A stretch of 64,000 nucleotides of DNA from Felis catus (lineage: Eukaryota). A program made the translations under genes and the position numbers. The notes beneath the pieces were generated by a model, which saw only the letters and a program-made list of their open reading frames with translations, did not search any database and had not been told where the DNA came from. Where the stretch lies: contig NC_058368.1 of assembly GCF_018350175.1 (NCBI RefSeq), positions 31,560,001 to 31,624,000 of the forward strand, read 5' to 3'. This document shows positions 1 to 12,249 of this stretch, one piece after another; the first letter of the stretch is position 1; each line of letters starts with the position of its first letter.

Positions 1-914
1 TCTTGAAAGCCCTAATCTCTATTTTGACATTGTCTAGATTCTGTAAGAACACAGATTTAGACCACTTGTTATGGTCAAAGGACTTTCTAGTAGACCTCTA
101 TCAATCCCAGTGGAGGTATCAACCCTTCTTCCTATAGAATTACTGAATTATTGCTATTATAGAATTATTCCTGTAGAAATGTGAAGATGAAAGAAATTTT
201 AGTACGAATGCAGTTCAGCCATTTCTGTTTACAATATAAGAAAACTAACACTCGGAAGAAAAAGAAACATTTCAATAGTGGAACTTATTTAACCTTTAAA
301 GGAACATTATGGAATTTATATTATTACCCTATTGTCAAAAATATAATGTTCAAAGTGTTTAAAAAATTTGCCATGGGTCTCTCAGCCAGATGTCAATGCA
401 TTTCAAATTCAAACATTATAATGGATCATTTCATTCTCAAGACCACAGCAATATGAGAAAATGTAGTGGATGCAAGGTTAAACTCTCCTGATACATTTTC
501 AGTAATTTTCAGAGCCTGTACAGGGGGATGTTTATTGCAGTAGATTAAAAAATATAATAGAAATAAATGATATATATATTATATATATCATAAAAGAAAA
601 TAATGTATAATGTTTGAATTTTCCTCCTATCCCTACCTCATCTCATACTCTTACCTTAGTGCAGAGATAGGGAAAAAAATTGCAAAAAGTTACCTTAGTC
701 ATAAAGAGTAAGATGTATTGTAATGGGATGTTTTTGATTACAAAGAACATCTGAGAGAGTTTTTAATTAAAATTCATTGTAATGACTAATGGAGCCATGG
801 GAACAAGAGAGATTGTGAAGACAGGCAGTAAATTGGAGAAGGTGGTGTGGTTTACAAGAGAACTGTGCTCCTATTCAAGTTTTCCCTTTAACTTGCTCTA
901 TGACCCTAAATAGT

Positions 915-1457
915 TATGGAGGACCAACCCAATGCAATAACGAAGGATTTTTAGCTCTTGTGTTTATGTCTTTGGGTAATCCTCTGCCTTTGGGGCCAGA
1001 CCAGGGGGGGTGGGGAGGGGGGAATCTGTGACTTGCTTCTAACTAACAGTATTTGCCAAAGGTGATGGGATGGATTTACACTGTATAAGATTTGGTTTTA
1101 ACAGACTGAAACAAGAGACTCTTCTTGTGGCTCAGTAAACTAAGTGGCCATGTTGGAGAATCACATGTGGCAGAGAACCATGGACAGCCTCTAAGAACAG
1201 GGGGAAAAAAAAGAAAAAATAAAACAAAACAAAACAGTGTCCTAGAAATATAGCTATGAGGAAATGAATTCTATCAACAACTTGAATGAGCTTGGGAGGA
1301 GAATCTACTCCAGTATAGCTTCTTAAGGAGAAGGCAGGCTGTGACACCCTGAGCAGAACACCCAGCTATGCTATGCCTATAGTCCTGACCTATGAAGACT
1401 GTGATATACAAAACACATTCACGGTCATTTGTTATGCAGCAACAGAAAACTAACACA
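915..1457 (+). mobile_element. MLT1 (MaLR) solo LTR, MLT1E/F-like
   Basis: Typical MLT1 motifs GTGACTTGCTTCTAAC, GGAAATGAATTCT..CAACAAC..GAATGAGCTTGG, and the terminal TTTGTTATGCAGCAACAGAAAACTAACACA. Confidence 0.8.
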
Positions 1458-1739
1458 GGGGTTTACCCTAATTTCTTTAGGACTGAGTGGAAACACTGCA
1501 TGCATTTTTAATACTTATTTTTTCTAAAATGTTTCTTGGTTGTAGGAGTCTAGAATTTAAAGGTTGTACTCTGAGAAGTCAATGCTGTCATTTAAGCAAG
1601 AAGATTGTGAGTCTGAAATAGAAATCCATGAAGGCATGTATGGTACAAGAACGAAAAAAGAAAGGGCTGAAGTTTAACTCTGTGTCACCTCCTATATGGG
1701 GTTTCTTATTTAATGACCTCTTTAAAGTAGTCTGAATAT

Positions 1740-1955
1740 GGAGTTCCTGGGTGGTTCAGTTAGTTAAGCACCCAACTTCAGCTCAGGTCATGATCTTGCA
1801 GTCCGTAAGTTCAAGCCCCACGTCAGGCTCTGTGCTGACGGCTCAGAGCCTGGAGACTGCTTCAGATTCTGTATCTCCCCCTCTCTCTGACCCTTCCTTG
1901 CTCATACTCTGTCATTCTCACTCTCAAAAATGAATAAATGTTAACAAAAATTTTT
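1740..1955 (+). mobile_element. CanSINE (SINEC_Fc-like)
   Basis: tRNA-derived head, CT tract, A tail; TSD AAAGTAGTCTGAA(T/C)A at 1724 and 1956. Confidence 0.95.
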
Positions 1956-2699
1956 AAAGTAGTCTGAACAGTTTCTCCTGGAGCCAATAGGCAGATTTCC
2001 TAAGTAGACACAGCTATCCATTATCCCTGAACTTTGGGAAAGTGTCCCAGAGACCTCAGGGAGATATGTCTGATCGCTCTGGTAGATGATCCTCCTAAAA
2101 CTGACAGAATACTGCATCCTTAAATACAGAGTTAAATGCATTTAACCTTCCTCCACCAACATTAGATTCAATCTTCAAATTCTAGGATAACTAGCAGTGC
2201 TTGTAGACTTGTTCAGGTCTCCTTAATGCTATAAACCAAACACAACAATCACTGTACATCCGAAACCATAAGAGACTGTATTCTGCTTTTACAAGGACTT
2301 CCTCCTACAAAGTTCACAAAGCTGAAGTACATTTTTTTTTTTTTTAGGTCATAGAACAAAACCAGAACGTGCAGTTTTAATTAATTTAAATAATCCTCAC
2401 TCCACGCTTACTATCTGGTCTATTGTTCAAAAAGATTGGAATAGGATGTGTTTTCCTACAATTAGGAATGATTCTTCTTCAAAAGCAAGGACTCACGAAA
2501 TAACAGTTTGCTGCTTTATGGCTACCATTTTATATTTTTATTATTATATTTTAATAACACATATATCTTATTTGTATTTTTAACCTGGCACACTTATGAT
2601 GCCTCAGCATCTCCCATGAAGAAAGTTGAGAAAACCAAACATTTTGTAGTTGAGAAACGTGAGCTACTATATACAATTTTCTGTTAAACTAACATGAGT

Positions 2700-2834
2700 G
2701 GGGCACCTTGGTGGCTTGGTCAGTTTAGTGCCTGAGTCTTGATCTCAGCTCAGGTCTTGATCTCAGGGTCATGAGTTCAATCACCATGTTGGGCTCTGCA
2801 CTGAGTGTGAGGTCTACTTAAAAACCACAATAGC
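2700..2834 (+). mobile_element. Short older CanSINE
   Basis: GGGCACC..GGTGGC head with A/B boxes and no CT tract; TSD AACATGAGTG at 2691 and 2835. Confidence 0.85.
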
Positions 2835-4260
2835 AACATGAGTGAAACATAAGCACCTACTCGTTAGGAATTTCTTTACTTTCAAGTAAGTATGCTAATT
2901 TAATAAAGACCTCTCACTAGGTCATTAAATGTTATCTAAATATCTTCTCTGCTTTCTTGCCTTTTCTGTTCTGCCCTCTTTTATCTTGCCATTCTGCCTC
3001 CAAACACGCTGGGCCTGAGTTCTTATAAAATGCATGTAATTTAAACTTTGCTTCTCTTTAATAATCTCTGGGGATGTTGGAAAAAGCAAAGTTTTATACA
3101 TATTAAAACTAAAATGTGAACTGCCAGTTTGGAATGTAGACAAGAATTGGTAAAGTTATGTGAGGGTAGGAAATGGGTTTCCTTCCTGAAAGTTTAATTT
3201 GGTGGTATTTTCTGGAAGGTGCCTGGAGCACTTGTTAACATTCATAACATGCTAACAAGATTTATTTTCATAGAGAATATAAATTGGGCAGGAGAAAGCT
3301 TTGTGAATGAACAACAGACTGGTATGGAGAAACGCAGGAATGTGGTTCTACCTACTGCCCTTCCTTTTTCAAACATACATGGACACCTTCATGCCTGAGC
3401 CCTTCATTTTCTCTCTTTCCTCTTTAGTTCTCTATTTCCCTTTCAGCCTCCATTTGTATTCCTTTTTCCCAAAGCCTTTTAGTATATACTTCAACACTAT
3501 ACAACACTGTACATTTCTGTCTATCCTAACAACCTTAGTAGTATCTTTTTTATTATTATTATTAATTCAACACATTTAAAATGATCATCATATACTATAG
3601 TTCCTTAACACTTAAATTCAGTGTCTCTATCAATCTGAATTATACTTTAAGCACAAATATTTCATCAAAATATATTTGTCATTTTATTTTTAGATATTTA
3701 TTATATGAAGCATATGTGTATGGGTGTGTGGTAAGATTAAAAACAATCAGATCACCATTACTGGATATTTCATTTATAACTTTCACTTAATTGCAAAGTT
3801 AATATTGTAAACATGTCTAATATTTGTGTGCCATTTATTATTTTCACGTCATTGTGTTTTTATGAACATTTCGCGAGCTTTGTTCTTTGAGTTCAGAGTA
3901 TTCACAGAGCACTGGGTCACTGATTATTTCTGATCAAGTCAACAAGTATCCTCATCTTCTGAAATAGTCTCAAGAGCTGAGCAGTGAATTCAGATCTGAA
4001 TCTCACTTTTATCTCCAGTTTCACCTTGTTGCTAGGAGTATTCAGCTTCATTTTCAGAAATTATATAAAAGAAAGCCAATTTCATGGGGAACTTTGCAGA
4101 GCCATGAATAGGACTCAAACATGAATTTCAGATTTTATATATTTCTTATGGTCTCAAGAACACATTCACTTGTTCCTGAAATTCCTGTTGTATAGGGAGT
4201 TTTTAGGGGACACGGTTTATTTTCAGCTGCTTAAGAAACTAACACTGAAGATGCAGATAG

Positions 4261-4495
4261 TTTATTTATTTATTTATTTATTTATTTATTTTCAACGTTT
4301 ATTTATTTTTGGGACAGAGAGAGACAGAGCATGAACGGGGAAGGGGCAGAGAGAGAGGGAGACACAGAATCGGAAACAGGCTCCAGGCTCTGAGCCATCA
4401 GCCCAGAGCCCGACGCGGGGCTCGAACTCACGGACCTCGAGATCGTGACCTGGCTGAAGTCAGACGCTTAACCGACTGCGCCACCCAGGCGCCCC
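4261..4495 (-). mobile_element. Young SINEC_Fc with a (TAAA)n tail
   Basis: Near-consensus with CpGs intact; TSD GATGCAGATA(G/C)TTTA. Confidence 0.97.
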
Positions 4496-4919
4496 TGATG
4501 CAGATACTTTATAATTGAGATACTTCTTGAGATTTGCACTTCAAAACATAGCCACACAAAATAAAGCACATTTTATAATCACTAACCACTTTTGAAATTG
4601 AGAATTCATTTTCTGGCAAGAGCTGTGTAATTTTTAAAAATCTATTATTTCTTCAAACCCAGGGCAGTTCAGCAAAGAGAAATAAGAATAGTTTTACAGT
4701 GCCATCTGTTTAATACACATGTTCAGTCTGAATCTAAATATCTGGCTTTCTGTAAACAATTGAACAAAGTTTCTTTTGATTCTTTGGAAAAAAATTTGTT
4801 TGTATCACTGTTGATCTTTTCCATTCAATTTCAAAATAATACATCTTCACTGAAGAAACCATGACTTTTGTAACAGTAAAAAGAGCAAAATAATATTTAT
4901 ATTAATTCCCATTTCACAG

Positions 4920-5140
4920 AGGCCAGATCATGGACCCAGAGCCAGACTGCCTGGATTATAATCTCAACTCCAGCCCTTACAAAATATCTAAATTTAGAGA
5001 AATTACCACACTAGCCTCAGTTTGCTCATCAATAAAATGGAGTTGGTAACAGTGCATAAATAACAATGTTATTTTGAGACTGAGTACTGAACTCCCTGAC
5101 ATACCATAAAACCCAGCGAGTGTTACTAATACCATTATTA
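4920..5140 (+). mobile_element. MIR fragment
   Basis: GAGCCAGACTGCCTGGATT and GCCTCAGTTTGCTCATCAATAAAATGG match the MIR core. Confidence 0.7.
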
Positions 5141-5321
5141 TTAAAATCAAATTACTTTTTAATTGCATAACGTTTTGTGATAATTTTATGATGTCATTTT
5201 AATTTTTTTCACATGGAAGTGAAAAAAAATACACTACGTTATTTAGGCTTATTGATAAATATGGTAGTAATTAAATATCTACAGATATACATCTAAGTTA
5301 AAGCAAAAGTCAGTAAGTATT

Positions 5322-5447
5322 GGGGCACCTGGGTTGCTCAGTTGGTGACAGCTCAGAGTCTGAAGACTGTTTCCCATTCTGTGTCTCCCTCTCTCTCTGC
5401 CCCTCCTCTGCTTGTGGTCTCTCTCAAAAATAAACATTAAAAAAAAA
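5322..5447 (+). mobile_element. Internally deleted CanSINE lacking the B-box region
   Basis: Head GGGGCACCTGGGTTGCTCAGTTGG joins directly to TGACAGCTCAGAG; TSD TCAGTAAGTAT on both sides. Confidence 0.9.
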
Positions 5448-6405
5448 TCAGTAAGTATCAGAATTTCCCATTTTTCCTTACACATATAAATACTTGTAGA
5501 GAACTTAAAGGTCCAGGCCTGTGTATCCCATAATGAAACAAGAGGCATTTATAACTCACTTTTTCTCCCACTAACAAAAGCAAATAAATACACATAAATG
5601 TGCATATCAACACAAATGTAAGTATAGATATTTCTCAATCTGCACTGTATTTTAGTTTATTTTTCCTCCGGTGTCTTTTTCAGTATCCTTCATAAGGAGT
5701 ATCTATTACAGCACACCCATTAGTTTATTTGTGCTAGCATTTATATGGGCTAGCATACTCAAGAGACTCTCAGAGTATCATCAAAGGGTAAATGACAAGT
5801 ATTTACTGGCTGTATTTATATGTCAATAAATGAATATCAGCCGTTAAATAATTTAAAAGAGGAAAATAGGAAAAAAGAATATGGAAGAGAAGGTAACTAT
5901 CATTCAAGGGTATGCTTTAGAAATAAGGAATTATCTAGGGAATACAATGTTATTTATAACTTAAAGCACATGGGGCATTTAAAAAACCAATATCTGAAAG
6001 GCATTAATCTATAATCATGCTAATACTTTACCATTCTTTGTTAAGAAATTACTGCAATGCTCCCCATATATGGTGATATCTAATGAGTCACTTCATACTT
6101 TACAATTATGAAAACACTTAATTTTAGTTTTAAATAGACTAAAGAACATAAAGAAATATCACTGTATTAAATTTTGTATGTAAACTGTAACCTAGATTTT
6201 TGGAGCAAACAAAAAGAGCTATACTTTCATCACCTAGTCTCTGTGCCTTAGTTTCATTATGTATAAAGAATCATATAAAATCATATTTAATGCCCTTTCC
6301 ATTGCCAAACTTCCAGTTCTACATGTTATTTTAAAATAAGCAAGAATTATATATTTTTTATGATACCTAATATGTTCTTTTTGAAATTTAATGAAGAGAT
6401 ACTGG

Positions 6406-7099
6406 CTTTTTTCCTACTACCGAGAGAGGGGTCCACACCCTCTTGTTCTGAGTTTCCCTCATAGCTTTCAGGGAAACTTTGACAATGTCCAGAGCCCTTG
6501 ATGTCCTACAGATGAAGGAGGAGGAAGTCCTGAAATTTCTTGCAGCCGGAACCCTCTTAGATGGCACCAACCCTGACTTCCGAACATGGGCCTACCATCG
6601 CTCCGTATAACATACTCTCCCCCACCCGTGTGGACCCGGCCATCCAGAGCAAACACAGGGAGCTCACCGGGCGAGCCTGAGGAGGCCGTGGCGCCAGGAA
6701 GTTCTGCGCATGTGCGGTCCTGGCTCCCGTGAACGCTTACGGGAAGTCTCGCGTGATCTCTACCTCCAAAGAAATCCTGAAGAGCCTGACGAGGAAGTGC
6801 AGGTAGTAGCCGGAGAGGGTGTGAGCAAGCGGGAATTTCAGGCTGGATGCACAACCCCAGCTGCAGCGACCGCTCTGACTCAGCGGGAGGTGGCGGTGGG
6901 GTCTGAAGGTGCACGTGGTGCCTGGTGCCGGCAGCCAGCCGGCAGTTCCATGCTGAGGCCTGGTCTGTAGCTTCCACTACCAGGCCAGAGTTGGGGGCGA
7001 ACTACTGACCGGTCTGAAGCTCTTCTTTCACAGACTCTAAACGCAAAGTGGACATAAGGTCGACGGAAAATAAACAGCTTGATAGAAAAGGAAAAAAAA
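6406..7099 (+). pseudogene. RPSA: Processed pseudogene of 40S ribosomal protein SA (uS2/laminin receptor), internally deleted
   Basis: Starts with a 5'TOP-like CTTTTTTCC and an RPSA-like 5'UTR. ATG 6485 reads [32 protein letters not shown] ([36 protein letters not shown]), then jumps out of frame to PTIALCNTDS-homologous sequence, with a stop at 6608-6610. ORF 6710-6970 aligns to RPSA [25 protein letters not shown]...QPEVADWSEG. No introns; AATAAA at 7069-7074; A-rich tail to about 7099. Confidence 0.95.
6545..7070. promoter_or_regulatory. CpG-island-like patch within the RPSA retrocopy (candidate promoter)
   Basis: About 32 CpGs hand-counted in 6541-7080 within a CpG-poor window. Motifs: ETS-like CAGGAAGT 6695-6702, NRF1-like TGCGCATGTGCG 6705-6716, TCTCGCGTGA 6747-6756, E-box CACGTG 6912-6917. 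Function is inferred only. Confidence 0.45.
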
Positions 7100-8507
7100 T
7101 CTAGAATCTTCGCTCTAAAGAAGAGAAAATAGACGGTAATTCTCTGGATATAGGCTCTGTAGGGTATGCTGTCAAATTTTAAATTCTTATCTTCATAATC
7201 ATGATTGTGAACAGCCTAAAGAAAGCGTGCAATACAGTATGTATTATTAATTGTAATATCTTGTAGAGTATAATTAATCTAAATTGATCTGTGATGAAGT
7301 CCTGAAATATATTGAGGGGTGAAATCAAGTTTGTTTCTTTCAAAATTAATAAGACCTTATTGGATGGGAGAGCTTTGGAATAATTTCTTTAAGAATACAT
7401 TTGGAAAAGACTTCATCAAATTTCCCTGATTAAATTAGATTTGGACTTTAAAATCATGATTTGAAATCATGAGCTTTCTGATGGATTTGAAAGAATTAAG
7501 ATTAATGTATCTATGAAAAATGGAATAGTCCTGAAGACTCTGGAGGGAAGCAGGCTATTTAAGTATTTTTTCTGCTTTGTTGGAGTCCTCAAAATAAATA
7601 TGGAAAAAAGCCAAACAATAAGAGGTGGAGGAGTTTCATTAGGATTAGGCACTGAAAGTTGTCAGCAGAGTCTGAAGTATCAGAATCTGTCCTTGCCAGA
7701 AAAATAATGACAAGAGCAGTTTAGACCTCTAAATAATCTACATATTTTGTGAAAAGAGAAGGGAATTAATATTAAAGTGAGTATTTTGTGAGATTGTAGG
7801 GAAGATTCTGTAGCAAGTTAAAAATGAGTTTGTCATAGGTAATAGGAAAGAGAAAAGAGATTTTGCAAAAGAAGGGGAAATAAAGGGTAAAGATATAACA
7901 AAAAAGTAAAGAAGATGTCAGGTGAGACATGCAAATATAGATAGGGGAAGCAATAAATTGACATAGAGTTTAAAAGAGAATCCACTGAAACAGAAGAGTG
8001 AAAAAATAATCCCCCATTATTTCAATGAAGGGCCAGAAAGTGGGCAAATAAAGGTGCTAAACTCTTGAACACATTAAAATAAATTTCCACGTTGTTTCTT
8101 ATGGTAGTTTTGAGAATAATTTTCACTAGTTGTTCCTTAATCCCAGGCAGTAATTTCTAAATTCTGGCAGGTAAATGTTTAACAATCCGGTAAAGTCTCT
8201 GATATCAGGTGGAGTTCTTAGCAAAATTGCAGGGTATGCTAAATGAGGATAATTAACAATTTACACTGAATTATAAGTAATCCTTTTGCTGACTGAAGGT
8301 GTTTGAGGAGACCAAGAACTGAAGACGTTTAACAAAGTAATGGGTGACTTCACCCAAGGCTCTGGCACAAATTCAAATTAAAGGAAACAAATAATACTCA
8401 TGCCTGAGGTAGCTGAGCTTATGCTAAACCGTCAGCATATGTCTGCAAAAACAAAATGGGAATGTAAATAAATAGATAACAAAATTTTGACATTAGACAT
8501 TCACTTA

Positions 8508-8720
8508 TTTTTTTTTAATGTTTTTATTTATTTTTGGGACAGAGAGAGACAGAGCATGAACGGGAGAAGGGCAGAGAGAGAAGGAGACACAGAGTCGGCA
8601 ACAGGCTCCAGGCTCTGAGCCATCAGCCCAGAGCCTGACGCGGGGCTCGAACTCACAGACCGTGAGATCGTGACCTGGCTGAAGTCGGACGCCCAACCGA
8701 CTGTGCCACCCAGGCGCCCC
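8508..8720 (-). mobile_element. SINEC_Fc
   Basis: Full-length; TSD ACATTCACTTA. Confidence 0.97.
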
Positions 8721-9079
8721 AACATTCACTTAATTTTTGATCAAAAAGAGTTTGTGAGTTCACTCTAATATAGAACTTTGAACCCATGATATCAATTTTG
8801 TCATTAAAATGAGAGTTTTACTCAGTGAAATCTGTCTCCCTAAAAATATGCACTATTAAATTATTAGAAATATAAGCTTAATAGGATAATGAAAATTTCT
8901 CAGGTTTGTAGCATTTCTACTATGTTCCATTTGGTGTTTATATCAGGAATAAAAATAAGTACTAGTATGTATTTTCAAGAAGGAAAATCCAAAATTATAA
9001 CTAATAAAAATCATTAATTGAATCAAATAGGAAATCAGTATTATATATGTATCAAATATGTTTTTATGTCTTAATGTCA

Positions 9080-9191
9080 CTTTTTCAAAGATTTTATTTT
9101 TTAAGTAATCTCTACACCCAATGTAGGGCTCGACCTCATGACCTCAAGATCAAGAGTCATAGGCTTCATTGACTGAGTGAGCCAGGCACCC
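9080..9191 (-). mobile_element. Short older CanSINE
   Basis: AAGTAATCTCTACACCCAATGTAGGGCTCGA...GAGCCAGGCACCC with a T-rich tail; degenerate TSD TAT(G/A)TCTTAAT. Confidence 0.85.
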
Positions 9192-9269
9192 TATATATCT
9201 TAATATTATATGAAGACTTTCTGTTGATGAGGAAAGAATGCCTAGGCCAACATTTCAGTGATGATTTAG

Positions 9270-9510
9270 CATCATAATGTAGAAAGGCAAATACATGGTT
9301 TGGAATAAGACAGAGCTGGGTTCAAATGCCAATTCTATTAGTTACTTTCTAGGTTAGGTTTGAAAAATTATTCCCTTCCTCCGAGATGTTTCTAAAATGT
9401 TGTCAAATGCCTAATCATAAGAGTGTTTTGAAGATTGTATTAAATTAGGTAGTGAATGTAACAATCTAGCATCCCACTATGCATGGAATAAACATTAAAA
9501 TGAAAAGTAT
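9270..9510 (+). mobile_element. MIR fragment
   Basis: GACAGAGCTGGGTTCAAAT and GTTTTGAAGATTGTATTAAA resemble MIR. Confidence 0.55.
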
Positions 9511-11704
9511 GATCATTATGATTTCATGAATGAGTAACGCCAGCCGCATTCCAATGTAATCTCACAACCTTCTTAGCCCCTCTTTTAAATATCCCAACAA
9601 GGAGGAAACATTTTCTTAGTGAACCTCAGGTCCCCCACTTGCACCCAGGCTCCACCAAAGTCTCTTGATGTCTGCCATTGCCTGAGGAACCCATGAAGTC
9701 CATCTCCAAAAACTTAGTCACACTTTGTATTGGTGATATTCATTTATTTGGCCAATTCTTGCAACTTCAAGGTTTCACAAACCTACCCAATGTTGTCAGC
9801 TGCATCCTTTAATCTTTGCTTTCCATTTAGCACTTCTCTTTTCTGAGATACTGTTGTTTTATAGGAGGAAAGTAAGCCATAAACTCTGTCAGTAAAAAAG
9901 GAAAGGTTAGAAGGATTCTCACCCAGCACCCATATCAGTTACCCTTCTTCCATTATCTGACTAAAAGTAGTTTTATCTCTTATCCTCATTTTGGTTCATT
10001 TCATGAAAATCTGAATTGCTATAAAATCTGTTTTTGTGTGTGTGATAAATATGATTTGACACATATAATTCTTTATATCAAATTAACTATGCAAGTTACA
10101 GATAACCAAAGGAAATGGGAAAGATAAGAAGTTTGTGATGGCATTATAAAATGTTATGAAATAAATGCAAATGTTGACAAAGTTAGACTTCCATGTACAA
10201 TATTTGCTTTATCATGTTTCTCTTTAAGGTGTGTACCATCTTACTGTGTTCTGTTTTGTTGTACTCCTCTCTTCCACAGTGTCTGATAAAGTGAAGAGGT
10301 TTGTGTTTTGTTGGAGCATGTGATTCTGCATACTTGTACTGAAGATGGCAGTGAATTTGTGGAAGCATATTGCAGATAACATGAGATTAACTATTTATTT
10401 CAACACACAGTGTCAGAATCCAACCTGTAACACATACAGTACGAGTTAAATTCCAGAGGGAGATCAATGATGAAAGGTAAAAGCATTTTGGAATCATTAA
10501 GCAAACCAATTCTACAAGAGTGTTCCTAGAAGGGGTTGGGGAATATTTATTTTTATAAAGTTTCTACTTTTTAAAAGTTATTTTCTTATGCCTGATTAGG
10601 CACAATTATCTTGTCCTTTCCTGAACTCCAAAAGCATTCCTATGTGTACAGTGTCATTAGCTGTTGATCATATGCTCTCCTGTGCTGGCACTTTACTCTC
10701 ATCTCACAATGTTAATTAACTTTTCAAGTTAGATTTAAAATTTTCTTAAGGCAGGGGCAATGTATTATATTAATTTATTCAATAAATAATCTTGATAAAG
10801 GAATAACTAGGGAATATTCAAATGATACTGAAGTAAAAGCACACAAAAATAAGGAAGTTAATCAAAAATCAAAACAAAAAAGCCATTAATACTGTTCTTT
10901 CAACTTATGCTCTATGAAGGTATCATGTTAAAGAATTTGAGCAAAGGGGAAGGTAGAAAGAGCATGATAATGGAGGCAGATATGACTCCACAAACCCTGG
11001 TTTTGTTGCTTGCTGATTGTGTAATAATAGGGTAATTATTAATTCTCTTACTGGTATGATATATAGACTACTAGCATAGTCTATATTTTTTACCCTCACT
11101 GGGAACTTGGTAACAAAAATATGAATTAAATTTCTCTCTCAAAACCCATTGACTATGTCTGAGCATATAGTAGATGGTAAATAAAAGCAAGTATTTTTTT
11201 CTACATGTTTACTTACTGTTCTGTAAGTCCTCATCATGGGGATGACTTAATGGGAAGAAATGATGCTTAAACAGAGATTTGGAACCTAGTAAAAATAAGA
11301 ATTTCTGGATTAATTTGTTCATTTCCATAATAATGAGATATTAACTAAATCTATTTGTTATATTCAACCTAACTCACATTTTACTTATCAAGATGATGTT
11401 TGGTGTTTTAAGTGGTACAGGTTATGGAATGAGGTAATTTTTGATTAACTAGAATCATTAAAGTCTACTGATTTTGAGTTTCACAACTCATTGACAGTAT
11501 AGTTCATTAACTGCTTGTTCCATAGAAGATCTATAGTCAATGAAGCATAATCTCCTACACACATACTTAGAAAATTGTACCCACCAGGAAGTGAGTTCCA
11601 GAGGTCCCATCAGTATCATTCATTCAGGATTGGCCTTCTAATAGTCAGATCAAGAGAATTAATAGATTAAGCCATGGATCCTTGAAAATTCCATTTGCTA
11701 AGCA

Positions 11705-11802
11705 AATAATTATTATTTTAATTATTTTAATTATTATTAATAATTAAAATATTATTTTAATTATTATTTTATTTAATTATTATTTTAATTAATTATCTAA
11801 TT
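11705..11802. repeat. AT-only degenerate (TAATTATT)n low-complexity tract
   Basis: About 98 bp almost entirely A/T, built from repeated TAATTATT(TT). Confidence 0.9.
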
Positions 11803-11922
11803 GTGCATTATGAAAATGATGGTGTTGCTCTATATAATTCTGTCATCTTTGTTATGATTCTATTTGAGGTATCCAGTGTGTCTAAGTTGGATTACATCAG
11901 TTATGTGCAAACATCTTTTACC

Positions 11923-12140
11923 ATTATTAAAGTTTGTTTATTTATCTTGAGAGAGAGAGAGAGAGAGACAGCACAGGTGTGGGAGGGGCAGAGAGAGGGA
12001 GGGAGAGAGAGAATCCCAAGCAGGCTCTGCACTTTCAGCATAGAACCCAACATAGGGCTTGAACTCACAAACCATGAGATCATGACCTGAACTGAAATTA
12101 AGAGTCAGATGCTTAACTGACTGAGCCACCTGGGCATCCC
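11923..12140 (-). mobile_element. CanSINE (SINEC_Fc2/3-like)
   Basis: GAATCCCAAGCAGGCTCTGCAC type; TSD AACATCTTTTACC. Confidence 0.95.
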
Positions 12141-12249
12141 AACATCTTTTACCTTCATTAACACTTTCTTCTATTCAGCATCATTTACTTCACCTCAGAG
12201 GAATGCCCCATTTCCCTTAGTAACTGTTCAAACAAATTCACTTTACTTT

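Noticed and set aside
181..456. 91-aa ORF and similar AT-rich ORFs (3307, 13355, 49268)
   Set aside because: F/L/I/K-rich composition expected from AT-rich DNA; several have non-ATG starts; no recognisable domain or splice context.
992..1022. G-quadruplex-like G runs
   Set aside because: A local G expansion inside an MLT1 LTR with no other support for function.
6468..6977. 169-aa minus-strand ORF, the longest in the window
   Set aside because: Antisense to the RPSA pseudogene; high GC explains the scarcity of stops; no recognisable protein.
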